Below, one piece after another: positions 39,523-53,558 of a DNA stretch of 64,000 nt. Made by a program: the position numbers and the translations under genes. The DNA comes from an uncultured Nitrospiraceae bacterium (GTDB lineage Bacteria; Nitrospirota; Nitrospiria; Nitrospirales; Nitrospiraceae), in the NCBI GenBank assembly GCA_963706325.1, contig CAVPLT010000005.1:32001-96000 (forward strand). The letters are read 5' to 3'. Under the pieces are notes generated by a model. It saw only the letters and a list, made by a program, of their open reading frames with translations. It did no database searches and had not been told where the DNA came from. Within the stretch, counting starts at the first letter, position 1. Each line of letters begins with the position of its first letter.

Positions 39523-40605
39523 ATGGAAGATGTGCTGATCAAGAAGTGGGAAGGGATTGCCGCACGCTATCAAGAGCTGACCAATCAACTCATGGACCCC
39601 GTCGTCCTCAATCAGCCTGGCATGATTCACAAGCTGAACAAGGAACGGACTGAACTCGAAGCGCCTGCGCTTCAATTCGTGACCTATTGTGAAGTGAAGA
39701 AGCAGCTGGATGAGGTGTCGGCCATGCTCCAGGATCCCTTAACGGGAACAGACATGAAGCAGTTGTTTGCGGAGGAGAGCAGCCACCTTAAGCTACGACT
39801 ACAGGACCTCGAAGGGCAAGCCAAGGACTCACTTGCCCCAAAAGATCCCCGCGATGAGAAAAATGTGTTTCTGGAAATCCGGGCTGGAACGGGCGGCGAC
39901 GAGGCCGCATTGTTTGCTGGCGATCTCTTCCGCATGTATCTTAAGTATGCGGAGCGAAACCGACTGCGTTTGGAGGTGGTCGACGCATCCGACACCGGAA
40001 TCGGGGGATATCGCGAAGTAATCGCACTGCTCGAAGGGAGAGGGGCGTATGGAAGGCTCCGCTATGAAAGTGGTGTACACCGTGTTCAGCGTGTTCCCAC
40101 GACGGAAGCCAGTGGCAGAATTCACACTTCGACAGTGACGGTGGCGGTGATGCCTGAGGTGGACGAGGTCGAGGTGAACATCGATCCGAAGGACTTGCGC
40201 ATCGATACCTTTTGTTCCTCAGGCGCCGGTGGCCAAAGTGTCAACACAACCTATTCGGCGGTCAGAATTACGCACATTCCGACAGGTGTTGTTGTCAGCT
40301 GTCAGGATGAACGATCACAGCTTAAAAACCGGACCAAAGCCATGCGGACTTTGCGCACGCGCATTGTCGAGGCTGAACGGGAGAAACAGGACGCGGAGAT
40401 CGCGCAAAATCGAAAGGCACAGGTAGGGACTGGTGACCGCAGCGAAAAGATTCGTACATACAACTTCCCCCAAAATCGAGTGACCGACCATCGTATTGGT
40501 TTGACAGTGCATAAACTGGATCAGGTGTTAGCCGGCGATCTGGAAGAAATCGTGCAGGCCTTGCGAGCACACTACGAGCAATTGGCCACGATGGAGTCTC
40601 GATGA
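39523..40605 (+). CDS. prfA: Peptide chain release factor 1
   Basis: GGQ motif, VPTT (PxT), RTYNFPQNR. Confidence 0.96.
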   Translation: MEDVLIKKWEGIAARYQELTNQLMDPVVLNQPGMIHKLNKERTELEAPALQFVTYCEVKKQLDEVSAMLQDPLTGTDMKQLFAEESSHLKLRLQDLEGQAKDSLAPKDPRDEKNVFLEIRAGTGGDEAALFAGDLFRMYLKYAERNRLRLEVVDASDTGIGGYREVIALLEGRGAYGRLRYESGVHRVQRVPTTEASGRIHTSTVTVAVMPEVDEVEVNIDPKDLRIDTFCSSGAGGQSVNTTYSAVRITHIPTGVVVSCQDERSQLKNRTKAMRTLRTRIVEAEREKQDAEIAQNRKAQVGTGDRSEKIRTYNFPQNRVTDHRIGLTVHKLDQVLAGDLEEIVQALRAHYEQLATMESR

Positions 40606-41519
40606 GCACACAAGGGCTTGGAATGGCAGCCGTTGCCATTTACACCATCGGAGCATTGCTGGATCAAACCGAGAGTGACTTAAAAAAAGCCGGCGTCGAA
40701 CAGCCGGCTTTGGAGGCTTCCTGGTTGCTGGAGTTTGTACTCCAACTGTCCCCGCTCATGCAGCGGGTAAACAGAGAGCGCCAAGTGACGGCTGAAAAAT
40801 GGGCGCGCGCGCAAATGCTGATCCAGCGTCGCGCCAATCGTGAACCGCTTCAGTATCTGCTCGGCACACAGGAATTTTGCGGTCTGGAATTTCGCGTGAC
40901 GCCTGCTGTGTTAATTCCTCGTCCAGAAAGCGCTTTGTTGGTGGACGAGACGGTCCGTAGGTGCAAAGGCAACCAGTCGGGGACTGTCGTTGACGTGGGA
41001 ACTGGCTCGGGCTGTCTCGCCGTATCAGTGGCCGCGGCGCTGCCGACAGCGCGAGTGCTGGCAATCGATGTGTCATCCGAGGCCCTAGCGGTGGCGCGAA
41101 TCAATATGATGCAACATGGCGTGGCTGAGCGTATCGAATGTCTTTGCGGCGACGTCTTGGCGCCTCTACGTGAAGCACTGTTTGCGAATCAGGTAGACGT
41201 GATCCTTTCCAATCCACCCTATATTGCAGAAAGTGATTGGATGAGACTCCAGCCGGAGGTTCGATGTTTCGAGCCCCGCCTAGCCTTAGCTGGAGGTCGA
41301 GACGGTATGGATGTCTATAGGCGGCTACTACAGCAAGCCTCGTCCTATCTGAAGCCAGGCGGCGTGTTGCTGATGGAAGTGGGTGCAGGTCAAGCGGCGT
41401 CAGTCTGCCGTCAGGCAGAAGAGACAGGCTGGTTTCGTGTCTATGATGTTCTTCGGGATGAGGGCGAAATCGACCGCGTTGTGTGTTGTGAGAGAAGAGC
41501 CGATGGAACGGACCTCTAA
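40602..41519 (+). CDS. prmC: Release factor glutamine methyltransferase
   Basis: LIPRPES, DVGTGSG, SNPPY. Confidence 0.95.
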   Translation: MSTQGLGMAAVAIYTIGALLDQTESDLKKAGVEQPALEASWLLEFVLQLSPLMQRVNRERQVTAEKWARAQMLIQRRANREPLQYLLGTQEFCGLEFRVTPAVLIPRPESALLVDETVRRCKGNQSGTVVDVGTGSGCLAVSVAAALPTARVLAIDVSSEALAVARINMMQHGVAERIECLCGDVLAPLREALFANQVDVILSNPPYIAESDWMRLQPEVRCFEPRLALAGGRDGMDVYRRLLQQASSYLKPGGVLLMEVGAGQAASVCRQAEETGWFRVYDVLRDEGEIDRVVCCERRADGTDL

Positions 41520-41549
41520 AGCGCGGCGTCATCCTCCATTCTAAACTCC

Positions 41550-42802
<1,253 letters not shown>

Positions 42803-42806
<4 letters not shown>

Positions 42807-43495
42807 CCGTGAAGGCGAGGAGATCGGAGAGTAGGAAGCCGCAGGGCTTGACGATGGCGCTATCCAAGGGGAAATTGCTGCGGCCCGTGCTGCATCTTCT
42901 GAAGCAGGCCGGGTACGAATGTCCGGGACTGTCTGCGGAAAGTCGCAAGTTGATGTTTACCTGTTCATCCAAAGATGCCACGTTCTTAATCGTCAGGCCG
43001 ACCGATGTGCCGACCTATGTCGAGCATGGAGCGGCTGACGTCGGGGTGGTCGGCAAAGATGTGTTGTTGGAGCAAGGCAGTGACGTCTATGAGCCGTTGG
43101 ATTTGAAGGTGGGAGCGTGTAGAATCTGCGTCGCCGCGTTGCAGGGGCAAGCTTCACCGGATAGGTGGTCGTCGAAAATTCGAGTGGCCACGAAGTATCC
43201 TAACGTCACCGAGCGCTTTTTCAACCAGCGCGGGGTTCCGGTTGAGATTGTTAAACTCTATGGTTCTATCGAGCTGGCCCCCATTGTTGGATTGGCCGAT
43301 CGAATCGTTGACTTGGTCGAAACCGGTAGTACTCTGAAGGCGCACGATCTCGCAGAGGTGGAGGTCATCACGCATTCGACTGCACGGCTGATAGTGAATC
43401 GCGCCAGTCTGAAGTTGAAGCACGAGCCATTGATGGCGTTGATTGAGCAATTGCGGAGAGCAGTGGCTGGGGAGCACAACGGTGGTCCCGCCTGA
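42803..43495 (+). CDS. hisG: ATP phosphoribosyltransferase, short form
   Basis: ALSKGK, VATKYP, GSIELAP, DLVETGSTL; lacks the C-terminal regulatory domain. Confidence 0.93.
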
Positions 43496-43564
43496 ACCGT
43501 GTAGCCGCCAATTTCTTCCGGGTGTCTTCATCTGGGAAGTGGTTACGAGAGCAGGACGAACGAG

Positions 43565-44848
43565 ATGACTATTTTTGCCGGCGGTGATCGAACCTTCGCC
43601 AAGGCGTTACGAAAAATCGTGACCCGCTCGCGTTCTCAAGGCGCAAGTGTCGAAAAAAGCGTACGCACGATTCTGAAAGCGGTGGAACGAGGCGGGGATC
43701 GTGCGGTCCTGCGTTATACGAAAAAGTTCGATCGTCTGTCCTTGAAGCTCGATCGGATGCGAGTGACCCCGGAGGAGATCAAGGAGGCCTATTACCACAT
43801 TCGAAAGGATGAGGGTGACTCCCTTCGCTATGCAGCGGAGCGTGTACGGCAATTCCATGAGCGCCAGCGCACGAAAACCTGGATGTATCAGGAGCAGACC
43901 GCCACACTCGGCCAGATGGTCACCCCTCTCGATGCCGTCGGCGTCTATGTGCCTGGCGGTAAGGCCGTCTATCCTTCATCGGTGCTGATGTGTGCCCTTC
44001 CTGCGAAAGTGGCGGGCGTTCGGCGAATCGTTATGTGTACGCCGACACCGCAAGGAGAGATCAATCCCTATCTGCTGGTTGCGGCGGATATCGCGGGCGT
44101 CGATGAGATTTATCGTGTGGGCGGCGTGCAAGCGATCGGCGCGATGGCGTTTGGCACGAAGACCATCGCGAAGGTCGACAAGATCGTGGGACCTGGAAAT
44201 GTTTTTGTCGCAACGGCGAAACGCTTGCTGTATGGCACCGTCGGGATCGACATGGTGGCTGGTCCCAGCGAGTTATTAGTCGTAGCGGACGGCGAGGCCA
44301 AGCCGGCGCATGTGGCGGCGGACCTGCTTTGTGAAGCAGAACATGACGAAGATGCGCAGGTGTATCTGGTCACCACCTCGGCCTCGCTCGCCAAAGAGGT
44401 GGAGCGATTGATTCAGGTGCAATTGAAAGGTCTGCAACGTGAGAAGATTGCGGCCAAGTCTATTGCGCGGCACTTTGCAGCGTTCGTGGTGCCGACTATG
44501 GATGCGGCTATCGAGATGGCGAATGAGATCGCACCTGAGCATTTAACGCTCTCGGTGGATCGGCCGTTCGATTATCTGGAGCAAATCCGTCATGCCGGTG
44601 CGTTGTTTCTCGGGCGCTACACCCCGCCGGCCGTGGCGGATTATGTGGCCGGGCCGAACCACGTGTTGCCCACCGGCGCGACCGCGCGTTTCTTTTCTCC
44701 GCTGTCGGTGGGAGATTATGTGAAGGTTAGCAATATCGTGCATTACACCAAAGAAGAGTTGGCGAAAGCCAAGGATCATATCGTCCGACTGGCGCATATC
44801 GAGGGCTTCGATGCGCACGCCAAATCAGCCCAAAGCAGGTTCTCATGA
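43565..44848 (+). CDS. hisD: Histidinol dehydrogenase
   Basis: [27 protein letters not shown]. Confidence 0.96.
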   Translation: MTIFAGGDRTFAKALRKIVTRSRSQGASVEKSVRTILKAVERGGDRAVLRYTKKFDRLSLKLDRMRVTPEEIKEAYYHIRKDEGDSLRYAAERVRQFHERQRTKTWMYQEQTATLGQMVTPLDAVGVYVPGGKAVYPSSVLMCALPAKVAGVRRIVMCTPTPQGEINPYLLVAADIAGVDEIYRVGGVQAIGAMAFGTKTIAKVDKIVGPGNVFVATAKRLLYGTVGIDMVAGPSELLVVADGEAKPAHVAADLLCEAEHDEDAQVYLVTTSASLAKEVERLIQVQLKGLQREKIAAKSIARHFAAFVVPTMDAAIEMANEIAPEHLTLSVDRPFDYLEQIRHAGALFLGRYTPPAVADYVAGPNHVLPTGATARFFSPLSVGDYVKVSNIVHYTKEELAKAKDHIVRLAHIEGFDAHAKSAQSRFS

Positions 44849-45450
44849 AAAGCAACGTTGCCCCCAGGCAGGCCTCGCTTCACCGTGCCACGAAGGAAAC
44901 CGATATTCGCGTCGAATGGACCTTGGACGGGAACGGTCAGGGAAAAGTTGACACCTCCATCCGGTTCTTCGACCATATGCTGGATCTCCTGGCCAAGCAC
45001 GGATTCTTCGACCTGACTGTGCAGGCTAAGGGTGATATCGAAATCGACGAACATCACACTGTGGAAGATATCGGAATCGTCATGGGCAAGGCTCTTCACC
45101 AGGCGCTGGGCGAAAAGGCTGGCATCAAGCGATTCGGCTGGGCGTCGGTTCCGCTGGATGAGACCCTCGCGCAGGTGACAGTGGATCTCAGCGGGCGTCC
45201 CTACCTGGTCTACAATGTGAATTTGCCGGATCGAAAGATAAAAACGTTCGATCTGGGTTTGTTCGAAGACTTCTTTCAAGCGTTTGTGACGCACGGGGGG
45301 CTGAACCTTCACGTCAATCTCCAATATGGACGCAATCCGCACCACATTATGGAAGCCATCTTCAAGGCATTGGCCAAGGCACTTGATCAGGCGACGATGT
45401 TGGATGAGCGCTTGTCAGGGGGCGTGCTGTCCACCAAAGGAAGCCTCTAA
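44845..45450 (+). CDS. hisB: Imidazoleglycerol-phosphate dehydratase
   Basis: [16 protein letters not shown]. Confidence 0.96.
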   Translation: MKSNVAPRQASLHRATKETDIRVEWTLDGNGQGKVDTSIRFFDHMLDLLAKHGFFDLTVQAKGDIEIDEHHTVEDIGIVMGKALHQALGEKAGIKRFGWASVPLDETLAQVTVDLSGRPYLVYNVNLPDRKIKTFDLGLFEDFFQAFVTHGGLNLHVNLQYGRNPHHIMEAIFKALAKALDQATMLDERLSGGVLSTKGSL

Positions 45451-45534
45451 GCTGAATCGGTTGAGCAAAGGGCGCACCAAGGTCCGCCGTTCACCTACTC
45501 ACCAGAACTCCATGGCTCAACGGCTAACGGTATT

Positions 45535-46143
45535 ATGATTGCCATCATCGACTATGGTATGGGCAACCTCCGAAGCGTTCATAAGGCGTTCGATGCAGTC
45601 GGCCATGAGGCCGTGGTGACACGCGAGGCGCGAATCATCGCAGACGCGAGCCATGTGGTGTTGCCCGGCGTAGGTGCTTTTGGGGATTGTATGGCAAATC
45701 TGGAGCAATACGAGTTGATCGATCCGATTCGCGCGGCAATCCAATCGGGTAAACCGTTTTTGGGCATCTGTCTGGGGCTGCAACTGTTATTCACCGAGAG
45801 TGAAGAATTTGGTACCCACAAGGGCCTCGATATCATTCCTGGCCGGATTAGGAAATTCGCGCTGGATACGACGCTGAAGGTGCCGCATATGGGGTGGAAT
45901 GAAATTGAGATCGTGCGGCCGGCGCCTCCCTTCGGAGGGGTCAAGACCGGCAGTCATTGTTATTTCGTGCATTCGTATTATGTCGAACCAGCTGATGTTC
46001 GTGTGACTGCAGCGATTACAGAATATGGCCACCCTTTTGCCTCGGCAGTGTGGAAAGACAATATCGTTGCCTGCCAATTTCATCCCGAAAAGAGCCAGGC
46101 TATTGGACTTCAGTTCATCAAGAACTTTGGTGCCTGGTCGTGA
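45535..46143 (+). CDS. hisH: Imidazole glycerol phosphate synthase glutaminase subunit
   Basis: DYGMGN, GICLG, QFHPEKS. Confidence 0.96.
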   Translation: MIAIIDYGMGNLRSVHKAFDAVGHEAVVTREARIIADASHVVLPGVGAFGDCMANLEQYELIDPIRAAIQSGKPFLGICLGLQLLFTESEEFGTHKGLDIIPGRIRKFALDTTLKVPHMGWNEIEIVRPAPPFGGVKTGSHCYFVHSYYVEPADVRVTAAITEYGHPFASAVWKDNIVACQFHPEKSQAIGLQFIKNFGAWS

Positions 46144-46865
46144 GGCCCTCGCATCTGCCTGTTCTGTTGGTTTCGATGGTTGTGTTGCTCTTGGGGGGCT
46201 GTAGCGGAAAAAAAGTTACAACTAAGGCCTCATCCCAGCTGAGTGCATATCACATACGCACGCTCGTTCTCGTCCCATTTGAGACGATGACGACGCCTCA
46301 AGTGATGGAGCCGTCCGGGCCTTCCTTTCCCGTACCGTCCGGCGCACGGCGATCTGATATGTCCATCGCCGTTCCTCCGACAACAGACCGGTATGCGCGA
46401 GAGACCCACCGTGTCCCGTCGGCGGCTGGTGAGAAAATCACGGAGCTCATGTGGAGCAAGCTCAAGGCCCGCGTCGGGCTGCGCGTGCTCTCACCGAAGG
46501 AAGCTGAGGCGGCAACCAAAGAGCTGGCGGGAGGCGCTGCTTCGGAAGCAGTCTCTGCGCAGAAAATTGCTCAACGTCTTGGTGCCGATGCGGCATTAAG
46601 TGGAAAAGTGCTGGTGTATCAGGAACGTGTCGGCAGCCGCCTAGGAGCGGATCCTCCCGCGGTCGTGGGGTTTGAGGTAAAGTTGGTGGCTCCCAATGGG
46701 ACCCTTCTATGGGAGGGCAACTACTATGAGAAGCAACGGCCGATGACCGAAGATTTTGTGGGTTTTATCCAGCGGTACGGGATGTTCGTGACCGCTGAGG
46801 AGTTAGCGGCCTATGGCGCGGCTGAGTTGGCTGAAGCGGTTCCGATCGGCGGCGCAACCGAGTAG
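46140..46865 (+). CDS. Lipoprotein of unknown function (possibly PelC/CsgG-like fold)
   Basis: GTG overlaps the hisH stop; LLGGC lipobox; AQRLGADAALSGKV motif. Confidence 0.65.
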   Translation: MRPSHLPVLLVSMVVLLLGGCSGKKVTTKASSQLSAYHIRTLVLVPFETMTTPQVMEPSGPSFPVPSGARRSDMSIAVPPTTDRYARETHRVPSAAGEKITELMWSKLKARVGLRVLSPKEAEAATKELAGGAASEAVSAQKIAQRLGADAALSGKVLVYQERVGSRLGADPPAVVGFEVKLVAPNGTLLWEGNYYEKQRPMTEDFVGFIQRYGMFVTAEELAAYGAAELAEAVPIGGATE

Positions 46866-46895
46866 GTTTAATGAGTCTTACGATAAGGTGTGTCC

Positions 46896-47621
46896 ATGCG
46901 TGTCATTCCGGCGATTGACTTGAAGGACGGCCGTTGTGTGCGACTACGACAGGGCGATATGGCCGCCGAAACTGTGTATTTCGAAGATGTCCCGGAGGTG
47001 GCGCGACGTTGGCAACAGCAGGGCGCCGATCTCATTCATGTGGTAGATCTGAATGGCGCTGTTGATGGTACGCCGAAGAATCTTTCGCAGATCGAAGCGG
47101 TCATGAAGACGGTCACCGCGCGGGTTCAAGTGGGGGGTGGCATCCGTACGATCGACACGGTACGACGGTATTTTCAGGCAGGTGTGGCGCGGGTGGTATT
47201 AGGAACGGCTGCGCTCACGAATCGAGCATTCCTGGCGCAAGCCTGTCATGAGTTTCCTGACCGTATCCTGCTGGGCCTTGACGCCCGGGATGGGAAGGTA
47301 GCCGTAAAGGGATGGACCAGCGTCTCTGCGACGAGAGCGATCGACCTCCTCAAAGAACTTGCTGATCATGAACTGGGGGCCGTCATTTATACTGACATCG
47401 CCCGCGATGGGATGTTGAGCGGACCAAATCTGGAGGCCCTGCGGGAAGTTGTCGAGCTGTCATCGTTCCCGGTGATTGCATCTGGCGGCATCACCAGTAT
47501 CGAGGATCTGCAGGCGGTTCAATCGTTCGGTCCGCGGGTGGAGGGGGCCATTGTCGGCAAGGCACTCTATGACGGTAAGCTGGACTATCGCGAGGCGCTC
47601 GCTGCGCTCAGTCAGGGATAG
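46896..47621 (+). CDS. hisA: ProFAR isomerase
   Basis: IPAIDLKDG, HVVDLNGA, QVGGGIR. Confidence 0.95.
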   Translation: MRVIPAIDLKDGRCVRLRQGDMAAETVYFEDVPEVARRWQQQGADLIHVVDLNGAVDGTPKNLSQIEAVMKTVTARVQVGGGIRTIDTVRRYFQAGVARVVLGTAALTNRAFLAQACHEFPDRILLGLDARDGKVAVKGWTSVSATRAIDLLKELADHELGAVIYTDIARDGMLSGPNLEALREVVELSSFPVIASGGITSIEDLQAVQSFGPRVEGAIVGKALYDGKLDYREALAALSQG

Positions 47622-47647
47622 GCGTGGAGCAACCTGACACGTAGACT

Positions 47648-48418
47648 ATGTTAACCAAGCGCATCATTCCCTGTTTGGACGTCAAAGACGGCCGGGTCGT
47701 TAAGGGGGTGGGTTTTGTCAACTTGTGCGATGCAGGCGATCCGGTGGAAGTGGCCGGCATCTACGACCGTGAAGGCGCGGACGAGTTGTGCTTTCTGGAT
47801 ATCACCGCTTCGCACGAAAACCGTAAAACCATCATTAATGTGGTGATGCAAACCGCGGCCAGGGTCTTCATGCCCCTGACGGTCGGCGGTGGCGTGCGCA
47901 CGTTGGAGGACATTCGAGTCTTGCTCAACGCCGGGGCCGACAAAGTCAGCATCAATACCACGGCGGTGCAGCGGCCGGAATTCGTCCGCGAGGCGGCGCA
48001 GCGATTCGGCACGCAGTGTATCGTGGTGGCGATCGATGCCAAACGGTCGGAACAAAGCGGCCATTGGGAGGTCTTTACCCATGGCGGCCGGAAGTCGACC
48101 GGCCTCGACGCGGTCGAGTGGGCGCAACGCATGAAGCAGTATGGCGCCGGGGAGATCCTCCTGACGAGCATGGATCAGGATGGTCGACAGAACGGGTACG
48201 ATCTAGCCTTGACTGCGGCGGTGTCTGAGCGTCTGACGATTCCAGTGATCGCTTCCGGCGGGGTGGGAACGCTGGAGCATTTGTACGATGGGTTGGTGAC
48301 AGGCAGGGCGGACGCCGTGCTGGCCGCTTCGATTTTCCACTTTGGGACTCATACCATTCAGCAGGCGAAGACCTATTTGCGCGAACGGGGCGTGCCGGTT
48401 CGGTTGGGGCTGGCGTAA
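47648..48418 (+). CDS. hisF: Imidazole glycerol phosphate synthase cyclase subunit
   Basis: [19 protein letters not shown]. Confidence 0.96.
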   Translation: MLTKRIIPCLDVKDGRVVKGVGFVNLCDAGDPVEVAGIYDREGADELCFLDITASHENRKTIINVVMQTAARVFMPLTVGGGVRTLEDIRVLLNAGADKVSINTTAVQRPEFVREAAQRFGTQCIVVAIDAKRSEQSGHWEVFTHGGRKSTGLDAVEWAQRMKQYGAGEILLTSMDQDGRQNGYDLALTAAVSERLTIPVIASGGVGTLEHLYDGLVTGRADAVLAASIFHFGTHTIQQAKTYLRERGVPVRLGLA

Positions 48419-49108
48419 ATGGAACAGGACGTGATGCAGACGGTCAGTCGAAGCATAACATTTGATGGGCAAGGGCTGATTCCGGCTGTGATTCAGGACT
48501 GGCTCGACGGCACCGTGTTGATGGTGGGCTATATGAATCAGCAGGCCGTTGTCAAAACTCTTCAAACGCGCTCGGTTCATTTTTGGAGCCGTTCACGCCA
48601 CAAATTATGGGAAAAGGGCGAAACATCAGGTCATTTCCTGCGTGTGAAAGATCTGTTCGTCGATTGTGATCGCGATACGATTCTTGTGAAGGCTGAGCCG
48701 GCTGGCCCAATCTGCCACACCGGCGAGCGGTCCTGTTTTTTTTCCCGACTCGATGACGAGGGCCTCATCGAAGATGCCACGACGAAGGAGGCCTGGGGCA
48801 GCATCTTGGAAGGCGTGCTTCGCACCATAGGCCAGCGAAAAAGCCATCCGCAGTCTGGTTCTTATACGACCAAACTTTTCGAAGGCGGCCACGACAAGAT
48901 ACTCAAGAAAGTAGCCGAGGAAGCAGGGGAAGTTCTGCTTGCGTCCAAGGGCGGAAAGCGCGAAGAAATCATCTACGAAGTAGCGGACCTGTTCTTTCAC
49001 ACACTCATGGTCTTGGGTTATCACGACATCGCCTTGCAGGACATTTACCAGGAACTGGGAAAGCGTTTCGGCAAGTCTGGGCTGCGCCAGCCATCAGAAG
49101 GAGCCTAG
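48419..49108 (+). CDS. hisIE: Bifunctional PR-AMP cyclohydrolase / PR-ATP diphosphatase
   Basis: KGETSG, DCDRD, CHTG..SCF, KVAEEAGE. Confidence 0.95.
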   Translation: MEQDVMQTVSRSITFDGQGLIPAVIQDWLDGTVLMVGYMNQQAVVKTLQTRSVHFWSRSRHKLWEKGETSGHFLRVKDLFVDCDRDTILVKAEPAGPICHTGERSCFFSRLDDEGLIEDATTKEAWGSILEGVLRTIGQRKSHPQSGSYTTKLFEGGHDKILKKVAEEAGEVLLASKGGKREEIIYEVADLFFHTLMVLGYHDIALQDIYQELGKRFGKSGLRQPSEGA

Positions 49109-49109
49109 C

Positions 49110-49454
49110 ATGAGTGCCTGTATTTTTTGCCGCATTGTCGATGGCGACATTCCTGCGAAAGTTGTGCATCAGGATGCGCAGGTCTTGGTCTTTGAAGACC
49201 TGAATGCCCAAGCGCCGGTGCATCTTTTGGTAATCCCTAAGCGCCATGTGGGGTCCGTCCAGGACTGTCAAGGGGAAGACGCGGCGCTGCTCGGGCATCT
49301 TCTGCTGACCTGTTCGAAGGTGGCGCGGATGAAGAATCTAGCACAGTCCGGCTATCGGATCGTGACCAATACTGGAGCGGATGGCGGGCAGTCCGTCCCT
49401 CATCTTCATTTCCATGTGGTTGGTGGAAGGCCTATGGGGTGGCCCCCAGGATAG
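49110..49454 (+). CDS. Histidine triad nucleotide-binding protein (Hint)
   Basis: CIFCRI, GQSVPHLHFH, WPPG. Confidence 0.93.
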   Translation: MSACIFCRIVDGDIPAKVVHQDAQVLVFEDLNAQAPVHLLVIPKRHVGSVQDCQGEDAALLGHLLLTCSKVARMKNLAQSGYRIVTNTGADGGQSVPHLHFHVVGGRPMGWPPG

Positions 49455-49471
49455 CGGGCTGCGTTCCCTGA

Positions 49472-49501
49472 TTGACACTTGTGTGAACCGTTTGTTAGTC
49501 T
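49472..49501 (+). promoter_or_regulatory. Candidate promoter of dnaG-rpoD
   Basis: TTGACA-18 bp-TAGTCT with TGn extension. Confidence 0.5.
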
Positions 49502-49588
49502 AAACGGTCAACTTTCAATCGAATTTAAAGTATTTCCGACCAAGCCTTCTGGATGGTTGGATCCCTGCGGGTGCAAGCGAGGACCGCC

Positions 49589-51433
49589 GTGGGCCAAGGC
49601 CTGATTTCGGACGACGTCATCAACCAAATCAGAGACCGGGTGGACATCGCGGAGATTGTCGGCCAGCATGTTGCGTTGACCAGGGTTGGCCAGAATCTTA
49701 AAGGGTTGTGTCCGTTCCATCAGGAGAAGTCTCCCTCTTTCACGGTCAGTTCTTCGCGACAGATCTTTCACTGTTTTGGGTGTGGAGCCGGTGGCAACGT
49801 GTACACGTTTCTCATGAAATTGACGGGGGCCGGCTTCCCTGAAATTGTCCGTGATCTCGGGCGCAAAGCGGGAGTGGATGTTCCTGAATTGACCGGTGGT
49901 TATTCCAATCATGAACGAACGCAGCTCGGACGCTTAGAGCACCTCAATGCCGCGGCCGGGGTTTGGTACCAGCGGATGTTGAGGGACGAGGCGGGAGGAG
50001 CTCATGCCCGGGCCTATCTCGATGGGCGAGGCATCCACCGCGATACGACGGAGCAGTTCCAATTGGGGTATGCGCCGCCTGAGTGGGATGGGCTCACCAA
50101 AGCCATGTTGAAAGCAGGCTTCGCTTCTGAAGACCTTGTCGCGGCGGGTTTATCCGTTCCGCGAGATCAGGGTGCGCAGCAGAGAGGCGTCTTGGCCGGA
50201 CACTACGATCGCTTTCGTTCTCGGTTGATGTTTCCAATACTTGATTTGCGTAAGCGAGTCGTGGGATTCGGCGGGCGTATTCTTGGGGAGGGGACGCCGA
50301 AGTATTTGAATTCACCTGAGACCCCACTTTTCAAAAAAGGACAGACGCTGTTCGCGATGGATGCGGCTCGTGAAGCGGCTGGGCAGCATCAGACCTTAAT
50401 CATTGTCGAAGGGTACTTCGACGCAGTCGCGTTGCATCAAGCCGGTATTCGTCATGTGGCCGCTACCTTGGGCACGGCCTTGACGTCAGACCACATCACG
50501 GTCATCAGAAGGTTTGCCTCCAATGTCGTGCTGCTGTTTGACCCAGACCAGGCTGGAGTGCGCGCTGCGCTCCGGACGCTCGACTTGTTCGTCAACAGCG
50601 GCCTCAGTGTGAAGGTGGTGTCGTTGCCACAGGGAGAAGATCCCGACACGTACATTCGGCAACACGGAGCCGAAGGATTTACCGCACTGCATCGTGCAGC
50701 GCCCAGCCTGTTAGATTTTGCGGTAGAACACAGCCTACGAACAGCCGAATCTGGAACGATTGAGGATCGCATTAGGGCGGTGGATGCCGTATTGCGCATT
50801 CTTCAGAAAAGCGCGCATCCCATAGAGCGAGAAGAACGAATTCGGCTCGTGGCAGAACGGTTGGGACTTAGCCAACAACGATTGATTGATCGTTACCCGA
50901 CTCTCGCGTCGGAAGATCAACGACGGAACCCCGTACGGATTTCAGCCTCGGATTCTACCGCTCCGACAAAACCAAAGGCCAATCCTGAAGAGCGCGATTT
51001 GGCGCATCTCTTGGTGCAAGGGAGTCTGTCTCCTGCAGATCTTCGAGCATTGACGCCGGACGCATTTTCGACTTTGGCTTACAGCCGGCTCATTGCCTGT
51101 GCCCTGCGCCATCTCGGAGAGGATGGGCGGGTTTCCGTACAGCAGCTGCAAAACGACCTCATTAATGATCAGGAATGTGGTCCGCTGGTCACGGAATTGT
51201 CGATGCTGGAGCAGCACTACGATGATGTCCCGGCGCATATTGCCGGATGTTTGGAAATGCTCGAACGCAGAGGGCGCGAGCGGTGTTTGGGCGCACTCAT
51301 TCAAGAACTAAAGGCGGCAGAACGTGAGCGGCGAGAGGATGATGTACATCGCCTGAACAGACAGATTAACGATATGCGGATTCGGAAAGCCGGCGTGACG
51401 CCGGTTGCGCTGACGTCTGCGGTGAAGGAGTAG
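49589..51433 (+). CDS. dnaG: DNA primase
   Basis: CPFH..CFGC zinc finger, [22 protein letters not shown] motif; GTG start after GAGGA. Confidence 0.96.
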   Translation: MGQGLISDDVINQIRDRVDIAEIVGQHVALTRVGQNLKGLCPFHQEKSPSFTVSSSRQIFHCFGCGAGGNVYTFLMKLTGAGFPEIVRDLGRKAGVDVPELTGGYSNHERTQLGRLEHLNAAAGVWYQRMLRDEAGGAHARAYLDGRGIHRDTTEQFQLGYAPPEWDGLTKAMLKAGFASEDLVAAGLSVPRDQGAQQRGVLAGHYDRFRSRLMFPILDLRKRVVGFGGRILGEGTPKYLNSPETPLFKKGQTLFAMDAAREAAGQHQTLIIVEGYFDAVALHQAGIRHVAATLGTALTSDHITVIRRFASNVVLLFDPDQAGVRAALRTLDLFVNSGLSVKVVSLPQGEDPDTYIRQHGAEGFTALHRAAPSLLDFAVEHSLRTAESGTIEDRIRAVDAVLRILQKSAHPIEREERIRLVAERLGLSQQRLIDRYPTLASEDQRRNPVRISASDSTAPTKPKANPEERDLAHLLVQGSLSPADLRALTPDAFSTLAYSRLIACALRHLGEDGRVSVQQLQNDLINDQECGPLVTELSMLEQHYDDVPAHIAGCLEMLERRGRERCLGALIQELKAAERERREDDVHRLNRQINDMRIRKAGVTPVALTSAVKE

Positions 51434-51435
51434 GT

Positions 51436-53244
51436 ATGCCGAAACAAGAATTACTCGGCGAGGTGAAGAAGCTCATTAATCTCGGAAAAGAGAAAGGCTT
51501 CCTTACGTACGACGATTTGAACAGCACGTTGCCGGCGGATGTCGTTTCGTCGGACCAATTCAGTACGATCATGACGATGTTCGGCGAAATGGATATCGAA
51601 ATTGTGGAATCGGCCGAAACGGAGCGCACTCCAAAGGCTGCTGCCGATGGGGAAGAAGCGATTGAAGAAACCGAAGAAGGGGAGGTTCCGGAGGAGAACG
51701 AAAAGGAGATCGATCTCACCCCCGGAGCGCTCAGCCGAACCGACGATCCTGTCAGACTGTATCTGAAGGAAATGGGCAGCGTGGCGCTGCTGAGCCGAGA
51801 GGGCGAGATTGAGATCGCCAAGCGAATCGAGGAAGGCAAGAAAGATATTGCCACGGTTGTCTATGGGTTGCCGATGACGTTGGAGTTCGTCCTGACCCTT
51901 CGAGATCAGTTGAAAAATGGCAAGATCGATGTGCGCGAGATCGTGCCGGTGGTTGAAACGGAAGAAGACTTTGAGGAAGAGGCCGTCGAAAAAGACTACG
52001 AAGAATTGAGGGTGAAGACTTTGGACTCATTGAATGCGGTCCGTAAGGTCTCCGCGTCATTGAAAGATTTGTACGACAAGGCTCGTCAGGCGGGGGCTGA
52101 CCCCGAGAAGTTGAAACGTTTGCGCAAGCAAATCGATACGGTGCGTGGGCAGGTCGTCGACAAAATGGAATCGGTCAATTTGCACGGGGTCCTGAAAGAC
52201 CGGATGACGCAGCGGGTCCGCGACCTGAATCTGCTCTTTCGGCAGGCGGAACGTGAAGTGACCAGTTGCCAACGCCGTTTGGGCGTGGGCGGCGAAGCCG
52301 GCGCGGAGCTTCTCCGGCGATTGTGCCGAACCCACAAGGATGTCCTGGCTGTTAAGCGCAGGACAGGTGTTTCCGAAGAGGTATTGCAAGATATCAAGAA
52401 GCACTATCAGGCAGTCAAAGGCCGGATTCGGCAGCTCGAAAACGAAGAAGCGCTGGTTTCAGCTGAAGAAATCAAAGATGCGGTCAAGCATCTCGACGTC
52501 GCTGAAGAAAAGGTCAAGCGGGGCAAGGCCGAACTCGTCGAAGCCAATCTTCGTTTAGTGGTCAGTATCGCGAAGAAATACACGAACCGCGGGTTGCAGT
52601 TCCTGGATTTGATTCAGGAAGGCAATATCGGTCTGATGAAGGCGGTCGACAAATTCGAGTATAAGCGTGGGTACAAATTCAGCACCTACGCAACCTGGTG
52701 GATCAGGCAGGCTATTACCCGTGCCATTGCGGACCAGGCTCGCACCATCCGCATTCCGGTTCATATGATCGAAACGATCAATAAGCTGATCCGTACCTCG
52801 CGCCATTTGGTACAGAAATTGGGGCGGGAACCGACTCCGGAAGAAATCGCAGAACGCATGGATCTGCCGCTCGACAAAGTTCGAAAGATTCTGAAAATCG
52901 CGCGCGAACCGATTTCTCTTGAAACTCCGATCGGTGAGGAAGAAGACAGCCATTTAGGGGATTTCATTGAAGACAAAAAGGCAGTATCTCCGTTGGAAGC
53001 GGCCATTCGCTATGACTTACAGCGCCAAATCAACGGCGCACTGGAAACGCTTACTCCCAGAGAGGAAAAGGTTTTGCGTAAACGGTTCGGCATTGGCGAG
53101 GCCACCGATCATACGCTCGAGGAGGTGGGACAGGACTTCGAGGTGACACGCGAACGCATCCGGCAAATTGAGGCTAAAGCGTTGCGGAAACTTCGGCATC
53201 CGAGCCGTAGCAAAAAACTGCGCAGTTTTGTCGAGAGTCTCTAG
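51436..53244 (+). CDS. rpoD: RNA polymerase sigma70 factor
   Basis: [44 protein letters not shown]. Confidence 0.97.
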   Translation: MPKQELLGEVKKLINLGKEKGFLTYDDLNSTLPADVVSSDQFSTIMTMFGEMDIEIVESAETERTPKAAADGEEAIEETEEGEVPEENEKEIDLTPGALSRTDDPVRLYLKEMGSVALLSREGEIEIAKRIEEGKKDIATVVYGLPMTLEFVLTLRDQLKNGKIDVREIVPVVETEEDFEEEAVEKDYEELRVKTLDSLNAVRKVSASLKDLYDKARQAGADPEKLKRLRKQIDTVRGQVVDKMESVNLHGVLKDRMTQRVRDLNLLFRQAEREVTSCQRRLGVGGEAGAELLRRLCRTHKDVLAVKRRTGVSEEVLQDIKKHYQAVKGRIRQLENEEALVSAEEIKDAVKHLDVAEEKVKRGKAELVEANLRLVVSIAKKYTNRGLQFLDLIQEGNIGLMKAVDKFEYKRGYKFSTYATWWIRQAITRAIADQARTIRIPVHMIETINKLIRTSRHLVQKLGREPTPEEIAERMDLPLDKVRKILKIAREPISLETPIGEEEDSHLGDFIEDKKAVSPLEAAIRYDLQRQINGALETLTPREEKVLRKRFGIGEATDHTLEEVGQDFEVTRERIRQIEAKALRKLRHPSRSKKLRSFVESL

Positions 53245-53396
53245 GCCTTTCGATCGGGTGCCGTTTGACTCTGCCTGACCGGCAGCCTAAAATCAGCCGT
53301 CCGAATGGGCATGGAAGAGCCGAGTATGGTATGGTTTGTACGAGTTTCCGTACCGACGGCAGACGAAGATAGACACCGGCCATGGCTCGGAGGGCA

Positions 53397-53473
53397 GGGC
53401 CCATAGCTCAGGTGGTTAGAGCGGCTGACTCATAATCAGCTGGTCCTAGGTTCAAGTCCTAGTGGGCCCACCA
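53397..53473 (+). tRNA. tRNA with CAT anticodon, most likely tRNA-Ile2 (lysidine)
   Basis: GGGCCCATAGCTCAGGTGGTTAGAGCGGCTGACTCATAATCAGC...GGGCCCACCA; resembles ileX in sequence and post-rpoD position. Confidence 0.9.
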
Positions 53474-53558
53474 GCCTGAGTTCCGTGAGTTCTTCACGAA
53501 GTCGCCTGTGCGAGAGGTGTCGTGTGACGATACTGTCGCGCATACCATAAGGAGCCCG

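Noticed and set aside
53397..53473. Initiator tRNA-fMet
   Set aside because: Paired G1-C72 and no triple G-C anticodon stem; elongator Met is not fully excluded
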